From positions 1 through 38,334 of the forward strand of contig JAZQSB010000047.1 in assembly GCA_045629885.1 (NCBI GenBank): a stretch of DNA of 38,334 bases, read 5' to 3'. This document shows, piece after piece, positions 1 to 11,698 of this stretch. This DNA is from Eubacteriales bacterium. GTDB lineage: Bacteria; Bacillota; Clostridia; Oscillospirales; JAAYXM01. The notes below the pieces were generated by a model. That model had not been told where the DNA came from. It was given only the letters and a program-made list of their open reading frames with translations, and searched no databases. A program made the position numbers and the translations under genes. Every line of letters starts with the position of its first letter. Position 1 is the first letter of the stretch.

Positions 1-209
1 GTTGCCATAGAGCTTGTTGCAACAGCCGCACCGCATCCGAAAGTTTTGAACGTTACATCTGTTATAATATCGTTTTCATCAATCTTCATATACATTTTCA
101 TAATATCGCCGCACTTTGAGTTGCCAACCTGCCCGATTGCATTTGCACCCTCAAGCTCGCCGACATTACGCGGATTTGAAAAATGGTCAAGTACCTTTTC
201 ACTGTACAT
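1..209 (-). CDS. nifU: NifU/IscU-type Fe-S cluster scaffold protein (N-terminal part; 3' end runs off the window)
   Basis: Not in the ORF track because it is open at the window edge. Reverse-strand translation from the ATG at 209 gives MYSEKVLDHFSNPRNVGELEGANAIGQVGNSKCGDIMKMYMKIDENDIITDVTFKTFGCGAAVATSSMA. It carries scaffold Cys motifs (CGD, GCG) and lies directly downstream of nifS. Confidence 0.85.
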   Translation of the reverse strand, partial: MYSEKVLDHFSNPRNVGELEGANAIGQVGNSKCGDIMKMYMKIDENDIITDVTFKTFGCGAAVATSSMA

Positions 210-225
210 AATAAAAACTCCTTTC

Positions 226-1398
226 TTAATGTTCCCAGACCGGTTTTCCGTTTTCCCAAACCGGACTCATTGCACGAAGCTTTGCCGCAACTTTTTCGAC
301 TGCCTCGGCAATCTTTATTTCATCCCCGTCTGCATTATCCTCACCGAGAGAGAGACGGAGAGAACCGTGTGCAATATGGTGCGGAAGACCGATTGAAAGC
401 AAAACGTGAGACGGATCAAGAGAACCGGACGAACAGGCAGAACCCGAGCTTGCACAAATGCCCTCGTTAAACATATTGAGAAGCAGCGCCTCGCCCTCAA
501 TGCCCTCGATTACTATACTGCAAAGACCGGGGAGACGGTTTGTAGGATGTCCGGTAAGGCGCGTGTATGGAATTTTGAGCACGCGCTCGATAAGCTCATC
601 ACGCATTTTTGTAAGGCGGGAGATATTCTCGCTCATATGCTCATTTGCAAGACGCGCTGCCTCACCCAGAGCAACGATATACGGAACGTTTTCCGTTCCG
701 GCACGACGTCTCTTTTCCTGACCGCCGCCATAGATTAAATTATCAATGCGTATTCCGGAGCGGATATAAAGTGCGCCGACACCCTTTGGTGCACCAATTT
801 TATGTCCCGAAAGGGAGAGAAAATCAATGTTCATCTCATCAATATTTATCGGGATATGACCATATGCCTGAACAGCATCAGTATGGAAAAAGATTCCCTT
901 TTCCTTCGCAACAGCACCTATTTCGCGTATCGGCTGGATTGTTCCTATCTCGTTATTTGCAGTCATAACCGAAATAAGAATAGTTTCATCACATATTGCC
1001 GATTTCAAATCCTCAACCGAGACCGAGCCGTACTCATCAACGGGAAGATAAGTAACCCTTATGCCCTCTTTTTCAAGGCTTTTGCAAGTTTCCATGATCG
1101 CGGGATGCTCAATACAGCTTGTAATTATGTGGTTTCCCTTGTCACGGAGCTTTGAAGTGACTCCGCGCAGTACCCAGTTGTCAGATTCGCTTCCACAGCT
1201 TGTGAAGAAAATTTCTTTTGCACGAGCACCGATAACCTTTGCCACCTCTTCGCGTGCATTCTCAACGGCGCGCTTTGCGTCATACGCAAAAGCGTAAAGG
1301 CTTGACGGATTACCGTAATGCTCGGTGAAATACGGAAGCATTTTATCTAAAACCTCGGGCTTTGTCCTCGTTGTAGCCGAGTTGTCAGCATATATCAT
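226..1398 (-). CDS. nifS: Cysteine desulfurase, NifS/IscS class (PLP-dependent)
   Basis: ORF 226..1464. I start at the internal ATG 1398 (MIYADNSATT...), which is preceded by AAGGAGGAAG. PLP-lysine motif SLSGHKIGAPKG and active-site loop SSGSACSS are present. Confidence 0.9.
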   Translation of the reverse strand: MIYADNSATTRTKPEVLDKMLPYFTEHYGNPSSLYAFAYDAKRAVENAREEVAKVIGARAKEIFFTSCGSESDNWVLRGVTSKLRDKGNHIITSCIEHPAIMETCKSLEKEGIRVTYLPVDEYGSVSVEDLKSAICDETILISVMTANNEIGTIQPIREIGAVAKEKGIFFHTDAVQAYGHIPINIDEMNIDFLSLSGHKIGAPKGVGALYIRSGIRIDNLIYGGGQEKRRRAGTENVPYIVALGEAARLANEHMSENISRLTKMRDELIERVLKIPYTRLTGHPTNRLPGLCSIVIEGIEGEALLLNMFNEGICASSGSACSSGSLDPSHVLLSIGLPHHIAHGSLRLSLGEDNADGDEIKIAEAVEKVAAKLRAMSPVWENGKPVWEH

Positions 1399-1420
1399 TT
1401 GTCTTCCTCCTTGGGGATAA

Positions 1421-1861
1421 TTATTTACCAAAACTTTTGCTCTGTGCAACCGCAAGCTCATCACAGCGGTTGTTTTTCGGGTTTGTTGCGTGACCTTTTA
1501 TCCAGTTAAAAGTGACGGAATGAATTTCAAGCAAGTAGAGAAGCTTCTGCCATAAATCGGGATTGAGTGCTTTTTCTTTTTTGTTACGCATCCAGCCCTG
1601 AGCGCGCCACTTTTTTGCCCAACCCTGATTTATTCCATCAACAATATATTTGCTGTCAGTAAAAAGCGAAACCTCGCACGGCTCACGCAATGCAGAAAGC
1701 GCTGCGATAACTCCGGAAAGCTCCATACGGTTGTTTGTGGTGTTCTCTTCCCCCCCGGAAAGCTCTTTCTCTATTCCGTTATATTCAAGTATTGCACCCC
1801 AACCGCCCGGTCCGGGGTTTCCTGAACACGCGCCGTCGGTGTAGATTGTGATTTTTTTCAT
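1421..1861 (-). CDS. rnhA: Ribonuclease HI
   Basis: 146 aa and near-colinear with E. coli-type RNase HI: IYTDGACSGNPGPGGWG, TTNNRMELSG, LFTDSKY, WIKGHA, NNRCDELA. The start lies 2 nt after the gyrA stop. Confidence 0.9.
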   Translation of the reverse strand: MKKITIYTDGACSGNPGPGGWGAILEYNGIEKELSGGEENTTNNRMELSGVIAALSALREPCEVSLFTDSKYIVDGINQGWAKKWRAQGWMRNKKEKALNPDLWQKLLYLLEIHSVTFNWIKGHATNPKNNRCDELAVAQSKSFGK

Positions 1862-1863
1862 AA

Positions 1864-4389
1864 TTATTCGTTTTGAGAAGCTTTTGTTTCCGCCGTTTCT
1901 GTTCCTGCTTCCACATTTTTAGAAGCTTCTTCACTTTCCTCCTCGTGAGGTGCGGCAGCAACAGAGATAACCTTAACATCATCTGCAAGGCGCATAAGTA
2001 TAACACCGCGTGTTACACGCCCTATCGTGCTGATTGTTTTTGCCGGCATTCTTATTATAACACCATCGTCGGATATTATCATAGCATCGTTGGTATCATC
2101 AACCATAATAACGCTTGCTATTTCACCTGTTTTATCCGATATGTTATAGTTCATTATACCCTTACCGTAGCGGTTCTGTAGACGGTATTCTTCCGCAGCA
2201 GTACGCTTTCCAAAGCCGCGTTCGGTAACGGTGAGAACATCCTTTCCTTCACATATAACCTCGGCACCAATGATATAATCATCCTCGGAAATATCCATAC
2301 CATAAACACCTCCGGCATCACGTCCCGTTGCACGTATATCGCTTGCGCGGAATTTGATTGCCATACCTCGGCGTGTTGCAAGGAATATCTCGCTGTTCTC
2401 AGCGGCAAGCATTACGGAGATAAGCTCGTCATCATCGTCAAGACCTATTGCGCGTACACCCGCCTTACGGCTTGAATCAACGCGTGAAAGCGCAATACGC
2501 TTAACAATGCCCGCGCGCGTTGCCATAACAAGATAATGCTCATCGTCAAATTCTTTTATTGAAAGCATTGCCGTTACCTTTTCGTCCGGCTCAAACGCAA
2601 TAAGGTTTACTATATTCATACCTACTGCCGTACGGCTACTCTCCGGAACCTGATATCCCTTCATGCGATACATTCTCCCGCGTGTTGTAAAGAAGAGAAG
2701 CCAGTCGTGGCTTGATGCGGTAAACATCGTTTTAACAAAGTCTTCTTCCTTCTGCTTCATGCCGGAAACGCCTCTGCCTCCGCGGTTCTGCGAACGATAA
2801 GTGGAAATCGGCATACGCTTTATATATCCGCGGTGAGTGAGAGTATATGCACAATCCTCAACCGGAATAAGGTCCTCAATATCAATTTCATCGTCAACCG
2901 GAACGATTTCAGTTCTTCTTGCATCACCGTATTTTTCCTTGATAACGGTAAGCTCATCCTTAAGGATTCCGGCAACAAGAGCATCGGACTGGAGAACTTC
3001 TTTGCAGAATGCAATTTTTTTCATTAACTCATTGTATTCATTATCGATTTTTTCGCGCTCAAGTCCCTGAAGACGAGCAAGGCGCATATCAAGAACAGCC
3101 TGAGCCTGAATATCGCTCATATTGAACGTATCCATAAGGCGCTGCTTTGCATCGTTATAGCTTGTTCGGATAATTTTTATAATCTCGTCAATATGATCAA
3201 GCGCAATGCGGAGTCCCTCGAGTATATGTGCGCGCGCTTCTGCTTTTTTAAGCTCGAATGCGGTTCTTCTCCTTATAACGTCCTTCTGGAACATTATATA
3301 CTGATCCAGAATATCACGCAGAGATAACGTTTTCGGCTTGTTATCAACAAGAGCAAGAAGGATTACACCGAATGTGGACTGCATCTGAGTATGCTTAAAG
3401 AGCATATTGAGAACAACTTGCGGGTTTGCATTACGTGAAAGCTCGATAACAACGCGGATTCCCTCGCGGCTGGATTCATCCTGAATATGTGTTATTCCTT
3501 CTATTACTTTATTCTTTACAAGGTCAGCAATATGCTCAATGAGACGTGCTTTATTTACCATATACGGAAGCTCTGTCGCAACAATGCGGAAACGTCCGTT
3601 ATCAAATTCCTCAATTTCCGTCTTTGCGCGTACTTTAAGGTGACCTTTACCTGTGGAATATGCAGCTCGTATTCCCGCCATTCCCATGATAACACCTGCG
3701 GTCGGGAAATCCGGGCCCTTTATATGCTCCATAAGGTCAGCAAGCGTTGCTTCGGGGTTATCTATTACCTCAATTGTTGCATCAATAACCTCACAGAGGT
3801 TGTGCGGCGGAATATTTGTTGTCATACCGACGGCAATACCATTGCTTCCGTTTACAAGAAGGCTGGGTATTCGTGAAGGAAGAACGCTAGGCTCCTGATG
3901 ATATCCGTCGAAGTTCGGCTGGAAATCAACTGTTTCCTTCTCGATATCTGCAAGCATTTCCATCGCAATTTTTGAAAGACGTGCCTCAGTATAACGGTAT
4001 GCGGCTGCAGGGTCGCCGTCAACCGAGCCGAAGTTTCCGTGTCCGTCTACCATCGGGTAACGGAGCGAGAACGACTGGGCAAGACGCACCATTGCATCAT
4101 AAACTGAGCTGTCACCGTGCGGATGATAACGTCCAAGCACGTCACCGACGGTGGTAGCACTCTTACGGAAAGCTTTATCCGGAGTAAGCCCGTCTTCATA
4201 CATTGTATAAAGAATACGGCGGTGAACAGGCTTTAAGCCGTCTCGTACATCAGGAAGCGCACGTCCGACGATAACCGACATTGAATAATCAATGTAGGCA
4301 CGCTTCAATTCAGAATTAAGCTCAACATCTATAATTTTTTCTATTTCAAGATGATTAAGCGGTTTTTCTTCTCTGTTGTTTTTAGCCAT
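1864..4389 (-). CDS. gyrA: DNA gyrase subunit A
   Basis: 841 aa. [21 protein letters not shown], active-site region [12 protein letters not shown]-terminal beta-pinwheel repeats and an acidic tail. Confidence 0.97.
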   Translation of the reverse strand: MAKNNREEKPLNHLEIEKIIDVELNSELKRAYIDYSMSVIVGRALPDVRDGLKPVHRRILYTMYEDGLTPDKAFRKSATTVGDVLGRYHPHGDSSVYDAMVRLAQSFSLRYPMVDGHGNFGSVDGDPAAAYRYTEARLSKIAMEMLADIEKETVDFQPNFDGYHQEPSVLPSRIPSLLVNGSNGIAVGMTTNIPPHNLCEVIDATIEVIDNPEATLADLMEHIKGPDFPTAGVIMGMAGIRAAYSTGKGHLKVRAKTEIEEFDNGRFRIVATELPYMVNKARLIEHIADLVKNKVIEGITHIQDESSREGIRVVIELSRNANPQVVLNMLFKHTQMQSTFGVILLALVDNKPKTLSLRDILDQYIMFQKDVIRRRTAFELKKAEARAHILEGLRIALDHIDEIIKIIRTSYNDAKQRLMDTFNMSDIQAQAVLDMRLARLQGLEREKIDNEYNELMKKIAFCKEVLQSDALVAGILKDELTVIKEKYGDARRTEIVPVDDEIDIEDLIPVEDCAYTLTHRGYIKRMPISTYRSQNRGGRGVSGMKQKEEDFVKTMFTASSHDWLLFFTTRGRMYRMKGYQVPESSRTAVGMNIVNLIAFEPDEKVTAMLSIKEFDDEHYLVMATRAGIVKRIALSRVDSSRKAGVRAIGLDDDDELISVMLAAENSEIFLATRRGMAIKFRASDIRATGRDAGGVYGMDISEDDYIIGAEVICEGKDVLTVTERGFGKRTAAEEYRLQNRYGKGIMNYNISDKTGEIASVIMVDDTNDAMIISDDGVIIRMPAKTISTIGRVTRGVILMRLADDVKVISVAAAPHEEESEEASKNVEAGTETAETKASQNE

Positions 4390-4482
4390 AGATGATTTAC
4401 CTCACTATGAAATTAGTTGTTTTCGTTTAACAAGCCTCGCAGAATGCAAGCCTTTTCGATAAAAACCTGTCTTTATCGGCTT

Positions 4483-6767
<2,285 letters not shown>

Positions 6768-6780
6768 TTATAAAACTCCT

Positions 6781-7896
6781 CTATCTTTCATTATTCTTTT
6801 TATCAACAATCCTTCCGCCGTCAACAGTAAATATTCTTCCTTTTGAAAGCTCGGAAAACATACTCGGGTCACAGCCGGTTATTATTGTCTGCCCGCGGTT
6901 TACATCATTTAAAAGAAATGAGCGTCGCGACGGGTCAAGCTCACTTAAAACATCATCAAGAAGAAGAATCGGCGCTTCTCCTGAATCTTTCTCTATAACC
7001 GTGTGCTCAGCAACCTTAAGCGACAGCACACAAGAGCGTATCTGTCCCTGAGAACCGAAATCCTTTGCAGAGCTTCCGTTTACCGAAACGGTAAAATCGT
7101 CTTTATGTGTTCCTACAAGACACATACCGCTTGCAAATTCTGCTTCTTTTCGGCGATTTAAATGTTCGAGAATAAGCCCGGCATTTTTCTTATCAGTATG
7201 ATCGGAAAGAGCACTGTCAAAATTATATTTTACTGAAATAAAATCTTTTCCTCCGGATATTTTTTTCATCGTTTCGCCGGCAAATTCTGCAATCTGCTTT
7301 ATAAACTCGCCGCGTTCATATGTTATATACGCCGCACATTTTGCAAGCTTTTCGTTTAAAACATCCACATAGTCATAATATATATGTCTGCTTTTTTCGT
7401 CCTTAAGAATTTTTCGTTTACTCTCTATCAGCTTGTTATGCTCGGCAAGAGCTTCAATATATGCCGGAAGCATCTGGGAAAGCGCAATATTCATATATCT
7501 GCGCCTGTTTGCAGGACCTTCTTTTATAAGCTGAAGGTCATCCGGAGAAAAAACAACCGTTTTTATAAGACCTATATGATTTCGCGGACTTCTTTTTCTT
7601 ATGCCGTTTACAAAAAGCTGCCTTCCGGCGCGCGTAAGAATACATCTTACTTCAACATTGCGTTCATAAGCTGTAAAGCTTCCTTTTATCTCCGCGTATT
7701 CACGATCTTTCATTATCGCATCAGCATCGCGGCTTCCGCGAAACGGCTTTAAGCATGAGAGATAAAAAATTGATTCAAGAAGATTTGTTTTTCCCTGCGC
7801 ATTTTCACCGAAAATTATATTCTGACCTTCAGAAAACTCTATTTCTTCATTTTCATAATTGCGAAAATCAGAAAGCTTTAACTTTTTTATCTGCAT
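6781..7896 (-). CDS. recF: DNA replication and repair protein RecF
   Basis: 371 aa. N-terminal Walker A GENAQGKTNLLE, C-terminal signature FGSQGQIRS and Walker B ILLLDDVLSELD. Confidence 0.93.
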   Translation of the reverse strand: MQIKKLKLSDFRNYENEEIEFSEGQNIIFGENAQGKTNLLESIFYLSCLKPFRGSRDADAIMKDREYAEIKGSFTAYERNVEVRCILTRAGRQLFVNGIRKRSPRNHIGLIKTVVFSPDDLQLIKEGPANRRRYMNIALSQMLPAYIEALAEHNKLIESKRKILKDEKSRHIYYDYVDVLNEKLAKCAAYITYERGEFIKQIAEFAGETMKKISGGKDFISVKYNFDSALSDHTDKKNAGLILEHLNRRKEAEFASGMCLVGTHKDDFTVSVNGSSAKDFGSQGQIRSCVLSLKVAEHTVIEKDSGEAPILLLDDVLSELDPSRRSFLLNDVNRGQTIITGCDPSMFSELSKGRIFTVDGGRIVDKKNNER

Positions 7897-9005
7897 TATT
7901 CGGCCTTAAGACGGACAGGAAGAATAAGGTGGAGATATTCTGCACCCTCAGGTGGAGTTATCAGGATAGGAGCAACGTGTGTGTTAAGCTCAAGATCCAG
8001 CTCATCATCCGGGGATGCACGCAAAGCATCAAGAATAAATTTGTGATTAAATCCTATTTCAAGATTTTCGCCTTTGTTAAGAAGAGCACATTCATCCTGA
8101 GAACTTCCGACAGGTGTGCGGCAGGAAATAAAGAGAGTATTTTCCGAGAACTTTAAATGAATCGGATTTTTTATTCTTTCACTTATAAGGATTGAAACTC
8201 TTTCAATCGTAGTTATAAGATCGCGGCGATTTACGCGAACCTTGAATGTTCCACTTTTGGGAACAGCCTTTTTATAATTTAAAAACTCTCCTTCAAGAAT
8301 TCTTGAAATAATCATTGATCCGCCAAGGCGGAAAATTATATGCTTTTTACCCACACAAATAGATGCTTCTTCGTCAGACTCAGAACAAAGCTTTTCAACT
8401 TCCTTAAGAGTAAGCCCTGGGACAACAAAATTAAAGTTTTCTTCTTCACTTTCATTTTCGATTTCTGCCGTTCTGTAAGAAAGGCGGAACCCGTCAACCG
8501 AAACAATCGTTACGCGATTTCCCTCTACATCAAAAAGTGAACCTGTGTGAACCGGCTTTGATTCATCTCCGCTTATTGCAAAGATTGTCTGGGATATCAT
8601 CTTTTTAAGATCTCCCTGACGGAGATTCAAGAAATATTTCTTTTCAATATCGGGAAGTGACGGAAAATCCTTTGCTGAAAGGCAAACAACTTCGTGTCGG
8701 ACGTTTCCGCAGGTAACGGTAGCCATAAGGTTATCGTCTGTTGTAAAGGTAACGGGTTCATCAGGAAGAAGACGTATAATATCAGAGAATATTTTTGCGT
8801 TTACAACAATAATTCCCTGTTCTTCAATTTCCGCCGGAACGGTTACGCGAATACCTATTGAAAGATCGTATCCCGTAAGAGTAAGCTCACGTCCGCAATT
8901 AATAAGAATACCCTCCATTACAGGTACGGAACTTTTTGCTGCTACTGCCCATGATGTTTTTGCAATTGCAGATGAGAGAACTGATTTTTCACAAACAAAT
9001 TTCAT
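7896..9005 (-). CDS. dnaN: DNA polymerase III beta sliding clamp
   Basis: 369 aa with three-domain clamp length. N-terminus MKFVCEKSVLSSAIAKTSWAV and position immediately after dnaA. The stop overlaps the recF start (TAATG). Confidence 0.95.
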   Translation of the reverse strand: MKFVCEKSVLSSAIAKTSWAVAAKSSVPVMEGILINCGRELTLTGYDLSIGIRVTVPAEIEEQGIIVVNAKIFSDIIRLLPDEPVTFTTDDNLMATVTCGNVRHEVVCLSAKDFPSLPDIEKKYFLNLRQGDLKKMISQTIFAISGDESKPVHTGSLFDVEGNRVTIVSVDGFRLSYRTAEIENESEEENFNFVVPGLTLKEVEKLCSESDEEASICVGKKHIIFRLGGSMIISRILEGEFLNYKKAVPKSGTFKVRVNRRDLITTIERVSILISERIKNPIHLKFSENTLFISCRTPVGSSQDECALLNKGENLEIGFNHKFILDALRASPDDELDLELNTHVAPILITPPEGAEYLHLILPVRLKAE

Positions 9006-9297
9006 AACTGATTTTCCTTTCTGCGGAAATTAATAAAATGTTTTTCGTGTTACGATAATTTTTTTTCTTAAAAGGTGAATAATTTTCTTTCTAAGAGAAT
9101 ATAATATATATTTTAGTATTTATAGTACGGCTTGTGGAAATTGTGGAAAATCATTTTTTTCAGCAAAATAAAGCGAAATTTGACTCCCACGTTTCTTTTG
9201 GATAAAAGCGCAGGTTCTCAACAAAGCCCCTTGGGATAACTTTTATCCCAAGCCTTTCCTTGTTAAATCCACAGGATATCTGTGGAAAGTTTTTATA
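9006..9297. promoter_or_regulatory. oriC: oriC core in the dnaA-dnaN spacer: DnaA-box cluster plus AT-rich unwinding region
   Basis: DnaA-box-like 9-mers versus TGTGGATAA/TTATCCACA: 9133-9141 TGTGGAAAT, 9142-9150 TGTGGAAAA (8/9), 9197-9205 TTTGGATAA (8/9). Inverted pair CTTGGGATAA-ctt-TTATCCCAAG at 9230-9252. Inverted pair TCCACAG-gatat-CTGTGGA at 9268-9286. The stretch 9040-9128 is strongly AT-rich. TAG TAT TTA TAG TAC GGC at 9114-9131 abuts the first box. Confidence 0.7.
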
Positions 9298-10605
9298 TTA
9301 CGGAGTAAGCACAGAATTTTTAACGTCTGCAATTTTTTCTTTAAGCGCCTGATCTGTTTTTAGCTGTTCTTCAAGCGAGTCAACCGCATATTTTATAGTA
9401 GTGTGGTCTTTTCCAAAAACCTTTCCCATCTTCGGAAAAGATTCATGTGTCATATGGCGCACCATATACATCGCAATTTTTCTCGGCTCGGAAACCTTTG
9501 ATGAGCGGTCTTTACCTAAGATGTCATCAGGGGAGATTTCAAAGTATTTTGCAACGGCCTTGATAATAAACTCAGGTGTTGGGTTAATCCACGGATTTTC
9601 GGCAAATATATCGCGTATTGCACGCTCTGCAGCCTGAAGTCCGTCTGTATCCTGAAGAAGGTCACGATATGCAAGAAGCTTGTGTACCGCACCTTCAAGC
9701 TGACGTACGTTTGCAGTAACGTTGTTTGAAATAAGCTCTTTTTGTTCTGTGGTAAGCTTAAGACCTATAAGGTCTGCCTTAAGGCTTACGATTGCCATTC
9801 GTGTTTCAAAGTCCGGAGGTTCAATATCTGCAAGAAGTCCCCATTCAAAACGCGTTTTAAGTCTTTCTTCAAGCTTTGCCATTTCCTTAGGAGGACGGTC
9901 TGAGGTCAAAACAATCTGTTTGTGTGATTCATGAAGAGCGTTGAAGGTGTGGAAAAATTCCTCCTGTGTACTCTCTTTGCCGGCGATAAACTGGATATCG
10001 TCCACCAGAAGAATATCAGAGTTTCTGTATTTCTCACGGAATTGAGGAAGAGTTCCGCTTTGTATTGCCGCTATAAGCTCAATTGTAAAATCCTCGCTCT
10101 TTATGTATGTTATCTTTGCTTTTGGATTTTTCTTTCTTATGGTTCCGGCAATAGCATAAAGAAGATGAGTTTTTCCAAGTCCTGAGCCGCCGTGAATAAG
10201 AAGCGGGTTATACGTTGTTCCCGGCATTTCAGCGACAGCCTTTGCTGCGGCGTGAGCAAATTTATTTGAAGAACCCACAACAAATTTTTCAAACGAATAT
10301 TCATCATAGTTTGAGAAGGTTTGAGTTTCCGGAGAAAGAGAGCCTTCGTATTCATCCTCGGTGTAGATAGTGAATTTCATCGGAACTGAAAAAAGTGCGA
10401 AAAGAGCATCATTTATCTTCTGAGTATAATATTTTTCAATAGTTGTTTTCTTGAAATCGGCAGGTGTGACGAGTATCAGACAATCATCTCGAAGCTCAAC
10501 TGCACGAATATCTTCAAACCATGTCTGAATGGTAACTTCAAGTAAGCCGTATTCTTCTTTCATAATTTGCAGAACTCTTTTTAAGACATCTGCGGCATTG
10601 TTCAT
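9298..10605 (-). CDS. dnaA: Chromosomal replication initiator protein DnaA
   Basis: 435 aa. AAA+ Walker A GGSGLGKTHLL, Walker B LLVDDIQF, and domain IV with KDRSSKVSEPRKIAMYMVR...DHTTIKYA. Confidence 0.97.
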   Translation of the reverse strand: MNNAADVLKRVLQIMKEEYGLLEVTIQTWFEDIRAVELRDDCLILVTPADFKKTTIEKYYTQKINDALFALFSVPMKFTIYTEDEYEGSLSPETQTFSNYDEYSFEKFVVGSSNKFAHAAAKAVAEMPGTTYNPLLIHGGSGLGKTHLLYAIAGTIRKKNPKAKITYIKSEDFTIELIAAIQSGTLPQFREKYRNSDILLVDDIQFIAGKESTQEEFFHTFNALHESHKQIVLTSDRPPKEMAKLEERLKTRFEWGLLADIEPPDFETRMAIVSLKADLIGLKLTTEQKELISNNVTANVRQLEGAVHKLLAYRDLLQDTDGLQAAERAIRDIFAENPWINPTPEFIIKAVAKYFEISPDDILGKDRSSKVSEPRKIAMYMVRHMTHESFPKMGKVFGKDHTTIKYAVDSLEEQLKTDQALKEKIADVKNSVLTP

Positions 10606-10741
10606 AGGTCAATTTCCCCCACTATAATTTTTACTTTATCATTATAACAGAAAACAGCTTTTTTGTAAATATAAATTTACATATTATAATTAAAGAAAAT
10701 CAAATTTTATAGTCAAAATCTCAAAAATAATAAAAAAACAG

Positions 10742-10771
10742 TTGACAATTTGCTATGACTTATTTTATAAT
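10742..10771 (+). promoter_or_regulatory. SigA-type promoter for rpmH-rnpA operon
   Basis: TTGACA (10742-10747), an 18-nt spacer, then TATAAT (10766-10771), about 80 nt upstream of rpmH. Confidence 0.5.
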
Positions 10772-10850
10772 AAACAATGACACTGTATCGAATAAGTGTG
10801 TCAAGGTATAAAACCTTACGCATTAAAATTATTATCGGAGGTGTAAAACA

Positions 10851-10985
10851 ATGGTACGTACTTATCAGCCGAAAAAGCTTCATCGCTCAAAGGTTCACGG
10901 TTTCCGCAAGAGAATGGCAACCCGTAACGGACGCAAGGTTCTCTCTGCACGCCGCGCTAAGGGCAGAAACAGGCTTACTCACTAA
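10851..10985 (+). CDS. rpmH: 50S ribosomal protein L34
   Basis: Too short for the ORF track. ATG 10851 after GGAGGTG gives [44 protein letters not shown], stop at 10983-10985. Confidence 0.92.
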   Translation: MVRTYQPKKLHRSKVHGFRKRMATRNGRKVLSARRAKGRNRLTH

Positions 10986-10997
10986 GTCACAATACGT

Positions 10998-11032
10998 CGG
11001 AGCGGAAGGATTTTTAAGTAAGCTCCGCTCCG
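10998..11032 (+). other. Stem-loop between rpmH and rnpA (CGGAGCGGA ... TCCGCTCCG), no U-tract
   Basis: 9-bp perfect arms read directly and followed by an A-run rather than a T-run. This could be an attenuator, a processing site or a stabiliser rather than a full terminator. Confidence 0.35.
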
Positions 11033-11108
11033 CAAAAAAAGATTTAGCTCATGACGCGTCCTGGATTTTTATCCCGTCCGGGCTTTTTCTTTTATACGGA
11101 GATTTTTT

Positions 11109-11456
11109 ATGAAACAAACGGTTTCTATCAAGCTTAACCGCGATTTCAGAATGATTTATAAACGCGGAAAAAGTGCAGTGTCACCCATTCTTGCAGTGTA
11201 TGCAAGAAAGAATAAATTAAGCTCTAACAGAATAGGTATAACCGTAAGCACAAAGGTAGGCAAAGCCGTTGTGCGCAATCGCGTGCGCCGCCGCATCCGC
11301 GAGGCGTATCGGATAAATGAAGGTCGCTTTCTTCCGGGGCGTGATATTGTTATTGTTTCCCGCGTCCGTGCTGCAAGTGTTTCCTTCTGTGAGATAGAGA
11401 AGAACCTTCTTAGATTATCTGAAAGTTTAGGGCTTCTTTCGGAGGAGAAGGAATGA
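11109..11456 (+). CDS. rnpA: Ribonuclease P protein component
   Basis: 115 aa, basic, with the RNR motif [15 protein letters not shown]. Conserved position after rpmH. Confidence 0.9.
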   Translation: MKQTVSIKLNRDFRMIYKRGKSAVSPILAVYARKNKLSSNRIGITVSTKVGKAVVRNRVRRRIREAYRINEGRFLPGRDIVIVSRVRAASVSFCEIEKNLLRLSESLGLLSEEKE

Positions 11457-11665
11457 AGAGTCTTCTCGTATTTTTAATCAGATTTTACAGACGCGCCGTA
11501 TCGCCAAATCGTATGCCGTGCTGCCGATTTACGCCTACCTGCTCGGCATATGCGCTTGAGGCGATTGAAAAATACGGTACTATTAAGGGCGGATATCTGG
11601 CACTGCGAAGAATTTTGCGCTGTCATCCGTTCTCTAAAAAGTCGGGATATGATCCCGTGCCGTAA
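11453..11665 (+). CDS. yidD: Membrane protein insertion efficiency factor YidD
   Basis: 70 aa with [12 protein letters not shown]...[23 protein letters not shown] overlap with rnpA. Confidence 0.9.
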   Translation: MKSLLVFLIRFYRRAVSPNRMPCCRFTPTCSAYALEAIEKYGTIKGGYLALRRILRCHPFSKKSGYDPVP

Positions 11666-11698
11666 TGTATTTATTATCAAAACCGGAGGTTTTCATTT

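Noticed and set aside
4080-4160. gyrA QRDR checked for fluoroquinolone-resistance substitutions
   Set aside because: The motif reads [12 protein letters not shown]. The positions equivalent to E. coli Ser83 and Asp87 are Ser and Asp, the wild-type-like state, so there is no resistance signal.
10777-11112. 111-aa ORF in the track spanning the rpmH locus
   Set aside because: Wrong frame. The 44-aa L34 reading frame (10851..10985) is unmistakable and has its own GGAGG RBS. The long ORF runs through the rpmH-rnpA hairpin region.
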